DNA from: Candidatus Poribacteria bacterium
GTDB lineage: Bacteria; Poribacteria; WGA-4E; WGA-3G
Direction: 5' to 3'
Assembly: GCA_963663765.2 (NCBI GenBank)
Contig: CAXXUA010000013.1
Location: 256,001-320,000, forward strand
Length of the DNA: 64,000 nucleotides
The notes under the pieces are model-generated. The model ran no database searches. It worked only from the letters and a program-made list of their open reading frames with translations, and was not told where the DNA came from. Shown here in pieces: positions 21,558 through 33,400 of this stretch. The number at the start of each line of letters is the position of its first letter. The stretch's first letter is position 1. A program made the translations under genes and the position numbers.

Positions 21558-22244
21558 CTAAGAAATAACTGACTCTGTTAAACGAAAATGCAACTTCGCA
21601 ACATCACTCAAGGCTTCAATTCCATGTAATCTCACAAACGCTTTTCCTGCATCAACAACTTGGTATGATCCCCTGGGCAATGATATTTTATATTGCTGCG
21701 ACAACGCTTCAATACCTTTCAGGAATGCATCACGCGCAATAACGGACGCTGCAGCGACTGCAATGTCCCTTTCTGCTTTAGGTATCTCTAATATCTCTAT
21801 AACTGAATTATCTTGGTTATTTTCTTTCTCTATATATTTCTGTAGCTGCGTTTCAATTATACCGTTACTTGCAAACTGATCGATCAAAGCATGGTTTACA
21901 TCGTTCACATTAGTAAGTGTCTGAATTACCTCAATATGAAGATTCGCAAGCATCGTATTGAGATTATCTCCATTTTCTCGCAAGCACTTGTAGCGTGGAT
22001 TATATTCGTTTGGCATCACTTGAGCAACAGCGATATGTTCACAATGATGGTTCCACATCCAATCTGCCAGTTTTCTGATACGTGGATTTGAGACCTTTTT
22101 GCCATCAGTTATTCCTTGTGTCAAAAGTTCATCACGAATTTCACAATCAACATATACCCCCGCAACAACCAAGGGTCCAAAATAGTCTCCTTTACCTGCT
22201 TCATCTGTTCCTATCCATCTGTTCCAATTGTGTATTTCATCCAT
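21558..22244 (-). CDS. rnhC: ribonuclease HIII, catalytic domain only
   Basis: IGTDEAGKGDYFGPLVV, IDQF, AVAAASVIAR, AKLHF. Confidence 0.85.
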   Translation of the reverse strand: MDEIHNWNRWIGTDEAGKGDYFGPLVVAGVYVDCEIRDELLTQGITDGKKVSNPRIRKLADWMWNHHCEHIAVAQVMPNEYNPRYKCLRENGDNLNTMLANLHIEVIQTLTNVNDVNHALIDQFASNGIIETQLQKYIEKENNQDNSVIEILEIPKAERDIAVAAASVIARDAFLKGIEALSQQYKISLPRGSYQVVDAGKAFVRLHGIEALSDVAKLHFRLTESVIS

Positions 22245-22251
22245 ATTTATG

Positions 22252-22851
22252 TTACAACTTATTTCCAGATTTACAAAGCGCTGCGAACTGTGTTACCTGA
22301 CGACCTACCGCTTTAACACGTGCTGCCAATTCAGAATCATGTAGGTTACCATCTTCATCAAACGCTTCAGACGCACAAGCAATAGATGCCTCTGTCGGAA
22401 TAACCCATGCACGCAATGTAGTTCCAACCGTCCTCAGCATTGACAATGCATTACCAGCACCTAATCTGCCACCAGAAACACCTATTAAACCAACAACCTT
22501 ATTCTCAAATTCATCATACCACATCAAATCTAATGCATTCTTTAATACACCGCTAAAACTTCCATGATACTCAGGTGTACCAAGCAAGATGCCCTGTGCA
22601 CATTTGACCTTTTCACGAAGTTTGATAACATCGTCAGGATATTGTGACACATCTGTAACTGATCCATAAAATATAAGCTGATATTGACTCAGATCTATCA
22701 ATTCTACTTCAGCACCAAGTTCTTTCGCACCAGCAAGAGCAATGGACAATGCTGCGTGGGTAGTACTCCCTTTCCGCAGACTCCCACACAGACCAATAAC
22801 ATTGATCTGTTCAACATCGGAATTCAGTTCATTGTGCTTATATTTACTCAT
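22252..22851 (-). CDS. NADPH-dependent FMN reductase
   Basis: GSLRKGS, TPEYHGSFSGVLKNALD, VSGGRLG. Confidence 0.92.
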   Translation of the reverse strand: MSKYKHNELNSDVEQINVIGLCGSLRKGSTTHAALSIALAGAKELGAEVELIDLSQYQLIFYGSVTDVSQYPDDVIKLREKVKCAQGILLGTPEYHGSFSGVLKNALDLMWYDEFENKVVGLIGVSGGRLGAGNALSMLRTVGTTLRAWVIPTEASIACASEAFDEDGNLHDSELAARVKAVGRQVTQFAALCKSGNKL

Positions 22852-22985
22852 GATATTACTGCAATGTATGCCATAAAATTATTTGCAGATACCTCAATGC
22901 TGATATATTCTCTCTGATATTGTACCTATTATATACGAAACAAGGATAAAAAACAAGGATGTGAATTGGATTGAAAACTGATTAC

Positions 22986-23014
22986 TTGACAATTGCTTAA
23001 TTGTGCGTTAGAAT
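22986..23014 (+). promoter_or_regulatory. sigma70-type promoter for fumC
   Basis: TTGACA-17bp-TAGAAT about 60 bp upstream of the start. Confidence 0.65.
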
Positions 23015-23071
23015 TGCAGTCGTAAACACATTACATAATGACATTTTTGGATAATCTAAAATAAGAGGATA

Positions 23072-24466
23072 ATGATGAAGACACGAATAGAAAAAGACAG
23101 TTTGGGGGATGTAGAAGTTCCAGAAGAAGCATATTGGGGTGCACAGACACAACGCGCATACCAAAATTTTGATATCGGTGATGAATATTTTCCAACGACA
23201 TTCCTCCGTTCTCTTGCAATTATCAAGCATGCAGCTGCAACTGTTAATGCTGAACTTGGTGGGATTACATCTGAAATAGCGGACCTTATATGTCGTGCTG
23301 CAGATGATATAGCAAATGGGAGTCTTGCAGATCAATTTCCGCTACGGATTTGGCAAACTGGCAGTGGTACTCAGACACACATGAATATCAATGAGGTGAT
23401 AGCAAACCGAGCTAATGAACTTGCTGGGAAAGGTCTCGGTGTGAAATCTCCTGTACATCCCAATGACCATGTGAATCGTTCACAATCTACAAACGATGTT
23501 TTTCCTACTGCTATACATTTTGCGGTTGTGACGCAAATTGTTGAGCGTTTATTGCCTGCTACCGTTGACTTGCAAACAACTTTTGAGGAAAAAACTGAAG
23601 AATTCTCCGGGATTGTCAAGACTGGGAGAACACATCTGATGGATGCGACTCCGTTGACATTAGGTCAGGTCTTCAGTGGGTATGCACAGCAGTTAGCACA
23701 TGCACAACAAGCAATTAGTGACACACTTACACATTTATATGAATTACCTATAGGTGGGACCGCAGTGGGTACAGGATTAAATACACACTCAGATTATGCC
23801 GAAACTGTTGCTTCAGTAATTGCTGACCGGACTGGACTTCCTTTTGTTACTGCACCAAACAAGTTTGAAGCGATGGGAAGTAGAGATGCTTTAGTATCAG
23901 CAAGTGGTGCGTTGAAACGATTAGCGTGTGCATTGTATAAGATAGCAAACGACATTCGTTGGTTAGGGAGTGGTCCGCGTTGCGGAATCGGGGAATTGAT
24001 TCTCCCAGAGAATGAACCTGGAAGTTCTATTATGCCCGGAAAAGTTAACCCGACGCAGTGTGAGGCTATGACAATGGTGTGTGCTCAAGTTATTGGAAAT
24101 GATACAACAATTTCATTAGCTGGCAGCGCGGGTAATTTTGAACTGAACGTATTTATGCCTGTAATTGCTTTCAACAGTCTTCAGTCAATTCGGATATTAG
24201 CCGATGCGTGTGACGCATTTAGACAACACTGTATTGTCGGTATTCAAGCAAATAAAGCAGTCATTGATGGGTATCTAAACGCATCTTTGATGTTAGTAAC
24301 TGCGTTGACACCCAAGATAGGATATGATGCAGCTGCCAAACTTGCACAAAAAGCACATCATGATGGGTCAACTCTCAAGGAAGTGGCAATAGAGGAAGGT
24401 GTGTTGACTGATGAAGAATTCGATGCACTTGTTGTCCCTGGTGATATGGTTGCACCGAATTTATAG
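23072..24466 (+). CDS. fumC: class II fumarate hydratase
   Basis: [41 protein letters not shown]. Confidence 0.97.
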   Translation: MMKTRIEKDSLGDVEVPEEAYWGAQTQRAYQNFDIGDEYFPTTFLRSLAIIKHAAATVNAELGGITSEIADLICRAADDIANGSLADQFPLRIWQTGSGTQTHMNINEVIANRANELAGKGLGVKSPVHPNDHVNRSQSTNDVFPTAIHFAVVTQIVERLLPATVDLQTTFEEKTEEFSGIVKTGRTHLMDATPLTLGQVFSGYAQQLAHAQQAISDTLTHLYELPIGGTAVGTGLNTHSDYAETVASVIADRTGLPFVTAPNKFEAMGSRDALVSASGALKRLACALYKIANDIRWLGSGPRCGIGELILPENEPGSSIMPGKVNPTQCEAMTMVCAQVIGNDTTISLAGSAGNFELNVFMPVIAFNSLQSIRILADACDAFRQHCIVGIQANKAVIDGYLNASLMLVTALTPKIGYDAAAKLAQKAHHDGSTLKEVAIEEGVLTDEEFDALVVPGDMVAPNL

Positions 24467-24470
24467 TGAT

Positions 24471-24627
24471 TAAGACCATTTCTAATTAATTTGTCTCATT
24501 TAGGAATTCTACATTTATTACTGTTGGAGGACCTCACTTCGGTAGGAACAACCTACCGGTCGCGACCGGTTAGTCGCCCCTACAAGAACCCACGACAATA
24601 GAATCTTATTTTTTAGAATTGGTATTA
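24471..24627. mobile_element. MITE-like element (family C, 157 bp) between convergent fumC and rpoC
   Basis: Imperfect TIR taagaccatttctaattaat / attttttagaattggtatta; internal hairpins cggtagg-aacaa-cctaccg and ccggtcgcgaccgg. Confidence 0.55.
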
Positions 24628-24724
24628 CATGAGAGTATCTTGACTGAACCAAGATTTGCTGATAGTCAATGTCCTTTTCATATATGGCTTGATCCATAAA
24701 ATCTTGATTCAGATCTCACAATGT

Positions 24725-27700
24725 CTAACTCAACGTCTCTTCTATTTCATCAGTGGGTTCTGGAAGTTCTTCTGGTTCAGGATTCGGGATTGCATTGCTT
24801 GTAACCTCAAGTTCCCTCCATTCAGAGAAACCCGTTCCAGCAGGGATAAGTCGTCCAAGAATTACATTTTCCTTCAAACCTCTGAGTAGATCTGTTTGTC
24901 CTTCTACTGCTGCATCAGATAGTACTTTACGTGTTTCCTGGAAGCTGGCTGCTGAAATGAAACTCTCTGTACTGAGCGATGCTTTGCTAATGCTTTGTAA
25001 CACTGGTTTTCCTGTTGCCGGTTCACCCCCATCTTGTTCAATGCGTCTATTCTCTGCATGGAATCTGTGTCGTGGAACTTCATCATTAGCGAAGAATTCA
25101 GTATCACCTACAGACAGTATTTTTATCTTTTGCAACATCTGTCGCACTATTACTTCTACGTGTTTGTCGTTGATGGTATTGTTTCCGGGATAAACTGTTT
25201 GTACTTCATCAACGAGATAAGCCCAGACTGCTTCTTCACCCTCAATTGAATGTCCGTTGATGGTAGTTCTTCCGATTTCAAGGATATCGTGTGGGTTCAG
25301 GAAACCATCAGTAAGGGGTTGTCCAGCTTCAATCCAGTCTCCATCGTCTACACGCCTTTTTTCATCAGTAATAGAATAGAGTCTGCTTTTTGTTGCCCCA
25401 TCAACAATTCTGTATTGTGGCACACCTGCTTTTTGACCTGTGAGTTGGACATTCCCATCAATCTCTGCGATTTCTGCAGCGTCTTGCCGTTTAGGAGGAC
25501 GTGCTTCAAAGAGTCCTGTCACCCGTGGTATGCCTGCTACGATGTCAAGGTTAGTTGTTTTTTCGTGTAACTCTGCCAAAGCCTGCTGTGCCTTAACCTT
25601 TTCACCTTCTTTGAGTGTACCGGAATACCCGTTGGGAATCAAGTGAGATACTCTGGCACCGTTTGAGGTTACTATATCAATACGGAACCTTTCTTTTAGA
25701 TCATCAACTTCAACGCCTGGATACTGTTCATAAGCAGTGGCATATTCCCAATCTTTAAGCGTTTGTCCAACAGTCAGAGTGCAGTTTGGATGAATTATAT
25801 TGGTAACTTCATAAGTATTCTTTGATGTGGCTGCAGTTACTTTCTTATAGTCTGCATCACTTAGGAATTCATCAACTGTGAGTTCGGTTTCAGCATCATT
25901 AACCTTTGTTACCTTGAAGACGCGTTCTGTATCAAATCCTTTGTAAAGCCTCAATGCCCGTTTATACTCGGTTTCGTCTATACGTTCACCAACAGTAAGT
26001 TGACATTCGCTATGATGAACTGCCAGAATATGGTAATAAAGTTTGTATTCTGGCGGCGGCGTGTCAGTCTCACGATGTGTTTTTACCAATGCTTTGTATT
26101 CCGAGTCCATTAGTACTTCTTCAGAATCACTTTCTTCAGTTTCAGGTATATAGAGTTTTTCAAAGTCAAAACCTCTGTAGCTTCTTCGGAATTTGTTGGA
26201 TTCAGATTGTGTGATTCGTTCATCAACAGCAACGGGGAAATCTGGATGATGTATTGCCACGACTTGATACAATCTTTCAACTTCAAACGCTTCCTCGTTT
26301 TTTGCGACATTTACATCAAATCCTGGGTATTGCTTCATTAAAGCCTTTTTCTCAGTATCGGTAAGGAGGATTCCAGGTTCTAACTTACAGTCCGTATTGT
26401 GTATTGCTGTAATCCGATGTTTAAGTGGGTCTACCGTAACACCACTAAATTTCTCACGTAAAGTTTCTAAGTTTGCACTTTCAATGAGTTCCCCAGGTTT
26501 CAGTGGACAGTCAGGATGCGTAACTTTTGTAACTCGAAACTGTGGGTTTGATAGTTTCTGCACTTCAAATGACTTATTTTCTTCCTGCGTGCGGCGGACT
26601 TCTGCAACAGTTAGTTCTTGTCCCTTTTCAATATCAACATCATCATAGACTTCTTTTACGGTATAAACAGGGTCACCAAATTCAATGTGGTATTGACTTT
26701 CTTCTTCAGGAGTTAATAGATCACCTATACTATGTGGAAAGTCGGGATCACTTACAGTTTCGATTTTATACTTCATTTGTGCTTTTTCTTTATTATTTTT
26801 CTTTTGCAAGTATTCACTTTCGGTAAGGATGTCTCCCTTATTAGTTTGATAAACCCATTCACCGTCAAAGGGACGGATTTTAGCACGCCATTCTTCTGCT
26901 TTGCTTTCAGTCAAAAGTCTACCTGGTCTTAACGAGGTCTTTGGTTTTGATACACTGATGACGGGATAACGGGCTTCATTACAACGGAATAGTGCGTATT
27001 TCTGAGAATACACATGGTATTCTTGTTCCGTAAGGTACTGACCCACTATCAATGAAGCATCTTTATCAGAAGCTGCTTCAATAACATCCGGACGGTTAAT
27101 CTGTCTGACTTCGTAATAGACAGTTTCTACTTCAAAACCGGGATACCTTTCATTGTTTTCCTGCTTCTGTTTTTCTGTAAGGAGTTCTTCTGGTTGCAGT
27201 TTACATTCAGGATGTTGTACCGATCTGACCTTATATTTCGGTTGGTCTGGGTGTTCAGCGACTTGTTGTGCAATCCACAAACCACTTTCTTCACGAACGG
27301 TGCGGCCGGGTATATAGTCACGGAAGCGAACATTCCCCGATGCCTTTGCCAGAATTTTACGAGCAAGACGTTCACTCATATCTTCAACAACACCACCCGT
27401 GTGGAAAGTACGCATTGTCAACTGCGTGCCAGGTTCACCAATTGACTGTGCTGCAATAATTCCTATTGCTTCACCTACATTCACAAATTGCCCTGAAGTT
27501 AAATCTGAACCATAGCAGGTTGCACACGCACCTTTTTCTGCTTCACAAGTGAGAATGGACTTTACACGTACACTGGGTACATCTATATCTTCAATGTGTT
27601 GTGCCATCTGAGGTGTGATGATCGAATCAGTTTCTACTAATACTTCCTCTGTTTCAGGGTGAATTATTGGTTCGACCGCGACTCTACCACTAATCTTATG

Positions 27701-30337
27701 ATTAATGGTTCCTGAGTCCGTAGTGAATTTTAGGATACCATGTGTGGTGCCACAGTCTTCTTCAGTAATCATCACGTCTTGTGCTACATCTACGAGTTTA
27801 CGAGTTAAGTAACCAGAAGCAGCGGTTTTCATGGCGGTATCCACCAATCCCTTCCGAGAACCATAAGTAGATGTGAAGTAATCAAGAACATCTAAACCTT
27901 CACGATATGAAGATTGTATCGGTGAAGATAGAATTTCACCACTCTGTTTTGATTTCAATCCAACGATAGCACTGATTTGATTGAATGGGTTCTTGCGTGC
28001 GCGTGCACCACTGTCAGCCATTAGATGAACAGGACTAAATCCTTTTACTTCTTTTCCCTGTTCAACCAGTTGTGTTTCAGTTTCTGGCAACGCATCAAAA
28101 AGTGAATCCTGAATTTCAGAGACTGCATCATACCAGATCCGTATCTTTTCGTTCTCTAATTCTTCAAGCTCAAGATTTTCCTCTGTAGACAGGCGTTCAA
28201 TTTCAGAACTTGCTTTATTAAGGATTTCCATTTTATTATCAGGAATCAGGTAATCCCGAATACCAGGAGAAATCCCACTACGTGTCGCATATTCAAAACA
28301 CAGTGTCTGTAGACGATCTAACAGGGATACAGTTTCTGTAGTTCCCAGTTCATTAAAGCACCTTTTGACAAGTTCAGATAAACGTCTGCTACGTGCTTCT
28401 TCATTGAAGAACGGTATTTCAAGTCCAGTTGTTTCATCATTCCAAGTAAGTGATGAAGTTCCATTCGCTTTTGGAAGAACTTCATTGAAGATCACACGTC
28501 CGACAGTTGTCAATATAGGCTCGCGATGTCCTTTGAAATAGAGTATAACCGAATCGTGTAGTTTAAGAGTACCGCATCCATGAGCATGGGTAATCTCATC
28601 CACTGTTGCGTAGCGGCGCTTCGCCCATTCTTCCTTTTCTAATGATGAAAAGTTACCGTTAGATTTGGTTTCATCTGAGTTTTCTGAGTATGCTGCATTG
28701 AGTAATTCTGCGCGTTCAGTATGTTCTGGCAACGCTTTCGTTAAAAAACTTGCTCCCAAAATCATATCCAATTCTGGTACAGTAATGGGTTCTCCGTGTG
28801 AAGGTTTGAGGATATTTCCACTACTTAACAGTAACATCTTAGCTTCAGCGCGTGCCTCAATAGAGAGGGGGATGTGCACAGCCATCTGGTCACCATCAAA
28901 ATCTGCATTGAAAGCTTTACAGACAAGTGGTGGAATTCGTATAGATTTACCTTCAACAAGTACCGGCATAAATGCTTGGATGCCGAGTCTATGAAGTGTT
29001 GGCGGACGATTGAGCAATACCGGATGGTCAGCGATAACCTCTTCTAATGCTTCCCAGACCGGTGAATCCGGTGTGACGTGTTCAGTCATGTATTTTCCAC
29101 GTTTGATTGTCTGGACTTCACCTGCGGCTAATAATTTTTCTATTATAAATGGTTTGAAGAGTTCAACAGCCATCAATTTGGGAATTCCACATTGATGCAA
29201 TTCAAGTTCGGGTCCCACGACAATAACACTTCTACCGGAATAGTCAACCCGTTTACCAAGTAGGTTTTGACGGAATCGCCCAACTTTCCCTCGCAAAATG
29301 TCAGATAAGGATTTTAGGGCGCGTTTACCCGGTCCAGTAACTTGTCGACCATGTCGACCATTATCCAAAAATGCGTCTACTGATTCCTGAAGCATCCGTT
29401 TTTCATTTCGGAGGATGACTTCAGGGGAACGTAGGTCTATTAGTTTTTGCAGACGATTGTTCCGGTTTATCACGCGTCGATATAGATCGTTTAGGTCGCT
29501 TGTAGCAAATCTTCCACCTTCTAAAGAGACTAAGGGGCGGAGATCCGGACTGATAACGGGTAGGACATCAAGTATCATCCACTCTGGTTGCATCTGTGTT
29601 TTATTGAAACCTGCTACCATTCTCAATTTCTTAGAGAGTTTCATTTTTTTCTGACGACTGGAGGTTGCTTCAAGTTCTTCAGTGAGTTTTTCAACATCTT
29701 CAGAAAGAGTAGTCTTTTGTAGGAGTTCCTTAATTGCATCAGCACCAGTTCCTGCTCGGAACGAATCTGGGTGATCGCGCAATTTCTCCTCCATTTCGGA
29801 TTCAGTAAGTATATCTTTTTCAACCAATCCGCACTCCTCATTCATAACCTCAGTGACGATGAACGCTTCAAAATAGAGAATACGTTCTACGGCGCGTGAG
29901 GCAAGCTCAAGGAGGGTTCCTATTCGTGAAGGGATACCTTTAAAGAACCAAATGTGAGAGACAGGAGTAGCAAGTTTTATATAACCAAGCCGTTCACGTC
30001 GGACTTGTGATTTCGTAACCTCAACACCACATTGATCACAAATAAGTCCTTTGTGCTTAATTCGCTTGTATTTTCCACAACTACATTCAAAATCCTTTTG
30101 AGGTCCGAAAGTTGCTTCACAAAATAGACCTTGATGTTCAGGACGAAAACTTCTGTAGTTAATGGTTTCAGCTTTCTTGATTTCACCGCAATCGCAAGTA
30201 CCTTTTTCCGAGCACGACCATGTGTCATCAGCTGGATTCCTCCGTTTGCAAGAGGTGCGTTTCGCCCAATCTCTTATCGTTTCAGGAGATGCAATGCTGA
30301 TTGAAATACGATTAAATTGATTTTCTTTATCTGCCAT
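24725..30337 (-). CDS. rpoC: RNA polymerase beta' subunit with a very large trigger-loop insertion
   Basis: Zinc-finger cysteines, [51 protein letters not shown]; 1870 aa. Confidence 0.98.
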   Translation of the reverse strand: MADKENQFNRISISIASPETIRDWAKRTSCKRRNPADDTWSCSEKGTCDCGEIKKAETINYRSFRPEHQGLFCEATFGPQKDFECSCGKYKRIKHKGLICDQCGVEVTKSQVRRERLGYIKLATPVSHIWFFKGIPSRIGTLLELASRAVERILYFEAFIVTEVMNEECGLVEKDILTESEMEEKLRDHPDSFRAGTGADAIKELLQKTTLSEDVEKLTEELEATSSRQKKMKLSKKLRMVAGFNKTQMQPEWMILDVLPVISPDLRPLVSLEGGRFATSDLNDLYRRVINRNNRLQKLIDLRSPEVILRNEKRMLQESVDAFLDNGRHGRQVTGPGKRALKSLSDILRGKVGRFRQNLLGKRVDYSGRSVIVVGPELELHQCGIPKLMAVELFKPFIIEKLLAAGEVQTIKRGKYMTEHVTPDSPVWEALEEVIADHPVLLNRPPTLHRLGIQAFMPVLVEGKSIRIPPLVCKAFNADFDGDQMAVHIPLSIEARAEAKMLLLSSGNILKPSHGEPITVPELDMILGASFLTKALPEHTERAELLNAAYSENSDETKSNGNFSSLEKEEWAKRRYATVDEITHAHGCGTLKLHDSVILYFKGHREPILTTVGRVIFNEVLPKANGTSSLTWNDETTGLEIPFFNEEARSRRLSELVKRCFNELGTTETVSLLDRLQTLCFEYATRSGISPGIRDYLIPDNKMEILNKASSEIERLSTEENLELEELENEKIRIWYDAVSEIQDSLFDALPETETQLVEQGKEVKGFSPVHLMADSGARARKNPFNQISAIVGLKSKQSGEILSSPIQSSYREGLDVLDYFTSTYGSRKGLVDTAMKTAASGYLTRKLVDVAQDVMITEEDCGTTHGILKFTTDSGTINHKISGRVAVEPIIHPETEEVLVETDSIITPQMAQHIEDIDVPSVRVKSILTCEAEKGACATCYGSDLTSGQFVNVGEAIGIIAAQSIGEPGTQLTMRTFHTGGVVEDMSERLARKILAKASGNVRFRDYIPGRTVREESGLWIAQQVAEHPDQPKYKVRSVQHPECKLQPEELLTEKQKQENNERYPGFEVETVYYEVRQINRPDVIEAASDKDASLIVGQYLTEQEYHVYSQKYALFRCNEARYPVISVSKPKTSLRPGRLLTESKAEEWRAKIRPFDGEWVYQTNKGDILTESEYLQKKNNKEKAQMKYKIETVSDPDFPHSIGDLLTPEEESQYHIEFGDPVYTVKEVYDDVDIEKGQELTVAEVRRTQEENKSFEVQKLSNPQFRVTKVTHPDCPLKPGELIESANLETLREKFSGVTVDPLKHRITAIHNTDCKLEPGILLTDTEKKALMKQYPGFDVNVAKNEEAFEVERLYQVVAIHHPDFPVAVDERITQSESNKFRRSYRGFDFEKLYIPETEESDSEEVLMDSEYKALVKTHRETDTPPPEYKLYYHILAVHHSECQLTVGERIDETEYKRALRLYKGFDTERVFKVTKVNDAETELTVDEFLSDADYKKVTAATSKNTYEVTNIIHPNCTLTVGQTLKDWEYATAYEQYPGVEVDDLKERFRIDIVTSNGARVSHLIPNGYSGTLKEGEKVKAQQALAELHEKTTNLDIVAGIPRVTGLFEARPPKRQDAAEIAEIDGNVQLTGQKAGVPQYRIVDGATKSRLYSITDEKRRVDDGDWIEAGQPLTDGFLNPHDILEIGRTTINGHSIEGEEAVWAYLVDEVQTVYPGNNTINDKHVEVIVRQMLQKIKILSVGDTEFFANDEVPRHRFHAENRRIEQDGGEPATGKPVLQSISKASLSTESFISAASFQETRKVLSDAAVEGQTDLLRGLKENVILGRLIPAGTGFSEWRELEVTSNAIPNPEPEELPEPTDEIEETLS
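25700..27238 (-). repeat. about 13 degenerate ~40-aa protein repeats inside RpoC
   Basis: Recurring Y-x-V-x2-(V/I)-x-HP-x-C-x-L-x2-G-x2-L-T-E-x-E-Y...Y-x-G-F pattern in the translation. Confidence 0.85.
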
Positions 30338-30446
30338 TATAAATACTCCTTATAAGACATTTGAAAAACGGTTATCTGCTGTTGGATTCTGAAGACAATG
30401 ACGAATAATGGTTTAGTATATAATCAAATTCATTGAAAATATTGAA

Positions 30447-33400
30447 CTATTCAGAATCGTCGGTATTCCACGTCAATCTAAGAGGGGGTTCCTCTTCAAT
30501 CGGTTCCAGGGTATCTATCGTATGTAAGAGCGGGAAGCCTGCGTCAAGTAATGATGAATGCTCAGAATCAGCACCGTCACGATCACCTTCTGAGAGTTCT
30601 ACATTTAATCCCAGACTTTGCAGTTCTCTTACTAAGACATTGAAAGATTCTGGTGTCCCTGGTTTTAAGGGACTTTGTCCTTTCACAATTGATTCATAGA
30701 TTTTTGTTCTACCTTTTACGTCGTCGGACTTTATCGTCAACATCTCCTGAAGGGTGTGTGCTGCACCATACGCTTCCAATGCCCATACCTCCATTTCCCC
30801 GAGACGCTGTCCGCCATGTTGTGCTTTTCCACCAAGAGGTTGTTGCGTCACTAAGGAATAGGGACCTGTTGAACGTGCATGCATCTTATCTGCCACAAGA
30901 TGGTTTAACTTGAGGAAATATACATGACCGACAGTTACTTCCTGTCCGAACGGTTCACCAGTTCTACCATCAAAAAGGATGCTTTTACCAGTTTTCTTGA
31001 CGTTATCGGGTAAAACGGTTTTTGCTAACATTTCAAACACTTCTTCTTCTGTCGCACCGTCGAATACTGGTGATGACACATATAATCCGAGTTGGTGACA
31101 TGCTAATCCTAAGTGTATCTCAAGGATTTGACCAACGTTCATCCGAGAAGGTACACCAAGGGGATTTAAGACAATGTCTACGGGGGTACCATCAGGTAAA
31201 TAGGGCATGTCTTCCTCTGGTAATATTTTTGCAACAACACCTTTATTCCCATAACGTCCAGCCATTTTGTCACCGATAGATATTGGACGACGACTTGCTA
31301 CATAGACTTTTACAAGTTTTAATACTCCAGGCTTTAATTCTTCACCTGCTTCAAGTTTTTCCAAAGCCTCGTCTTTCTCCTCTGTATATGCATTGATTCT
31401 ACCAGATGCGAGTTCATGAAGACTCTTGATGTATGATGTAGCGTTAGTATCAGTAATCTGCAATGTTTCAAGTTCATTTTGTGAAAGAACATCCAGGTAT
31501 TCTCGCGTCAACACATCACCTGTTTGCAGCTGCCTAACTGATGCCGTGTTATCTTTTGCATCATCTTTATCATCAGTATCAAAAGTTGTTGGATACGCAA
31601 GTTCTTTGTTAGTTAAGGTTTCACGTAATTCTTCAACTAAACGTTCGGTGACCTGATCACACTGTTCTTTCCACGTTTGCTCAATTTGTTTGCGTAATGC
31701 TTCTTGCCGCCATGCAGTTTTCTCACTGTTTGGTGAAGTATGACGTGAGAAGACTTTAACATCAATAACAACACCTTCCACACCTGGTCGTGTGTATGCT
31801 GATGCGTCTTTTACCTCTTTGACTTTTTCACCGAAAATTGCACGAAGCAGTTTTTCTTCAGGACCATATTCACTTTCACCTTTTGGCGAAATTTTTCCAA
31901 CGAGGATGCTACCAGTACCTACGACACTCCCAACACGAATGATCCCCTCATCGTCAAGTTGGGCAAGACTACGTGCAGACATGTTTGGAATATCCCGGGT
32001 AATTTCTTCATCACCCATCTTCGTTTGTCTGGCGGCAACTTCAAACTCTTCTATATGGATTGAGGTGAATGTGTCGTCTTTGATAAGGGATTCACTTATC
32101 AGGATTGAGTCTTCAAAATTATGTCCACCCCAAGGCATATATGCACAAAGGATATTTCTACCAAGTGCTAATTCACCACCTTCAGTAGCAGTACCATCCG
32201 CAATAACATCCCCAGCTTCCACAACATCACCGATATTCACACGGGGACGTTGATGTATACATGTACCACTATTGCTCCGTTTGAAGTTCTTAAGTTTATA
32301 TACATCGTATCCCATTTCACTAAAGCCATGTTCACCCTCTTCCAAATGCAGTGCTTGACCAGTTCGGATAAGCACCTCTTCCGCATCAACACTGGAAACA
32401 ACACCACCACGGTGTGCAACGACCATTGCATTTGCATCCCGCGCTGCCCGGTGTTCCATACCTGTACCGACCCAAGGCGCTTCTGGACAGATTAAGGGAA
32501 CTGCTTGTCGTTGGTGGTTAGCACCCATAAGCGCGCGGTTTGCATCCTCATGTTCCAAAAAAGGAACAAGTGCAGCTGAGACACCGACAATCTGTTGTGG
32601 CGCTATTCCAATGTAGTCTATATCTTCGAGATCACACTCAATGATCTCCTCACCCTTTCTACTCCGAAGCGTGGATAATTTATTCCTGGGAGAAATAGCA
32701 TCTGCAGGTGCGATGTGATATCTGTCTTCTGCATCTGCTGTTAGAAACTCAACATCTTTAGTTATTTTACCTTTGCGAACTGCACGATATGGAGTTTCTA
32801 AGAACCCATAAGGATTTACCCTTGCAAAAGTTGCTAATGAGACTATGAGACCAATAGACGGTCCTTCAGGCGTTTCCAATGGACAGACTCGACCATAGTG
32901 TGTACGGTGCACATCACGTACAGCTGCAGTAGCACGATCACGGTGCAATCCACCTGGTCCAATCGCGGAAATCCTACGTTTGTGTGTAAGTTCGTCTAAA
33001 GGATTTATCTGCTGCATAAATTGGGAAAGTTGGTTTGAACCGAAAAACTCTCGAAGTGAACTCATCAAAGGTTTCGGATTCACCAAATTCTTGGGGTTTT
33101 TCAGTTGCGCATCCGAAGTGGAACTCAATTTTTCACGTGCTGCGCGACGTATCTGCAGTAGAGCAATTCTGAATTGATTCTCAAGAAGCTCTCCGATGAC
33201 ACGTACACGACGGTTACCAAGATGGTCAAGATCATCTACCAATCTAAGTCCATTGCGTATGTCCATTAGGTGTTGTAAGGTTGCTGCAATGTCTTTGGGA
33301 CGCAGCACACGAATGTCTTCTTTTGGTATTTCTCCAGATTCATCAGGATACACAGTAGAATCACTGAGTTGTGAATTCAGTTTGTATCTACCCACGGTGC

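Noticed and set aside
25547-27391. Intein or intron in rpoC
   Set aside because: No C/S start with HN-C/S/T end, no LAGLIDADG motif, frame is continuous, and the site matches the known SI3 position.
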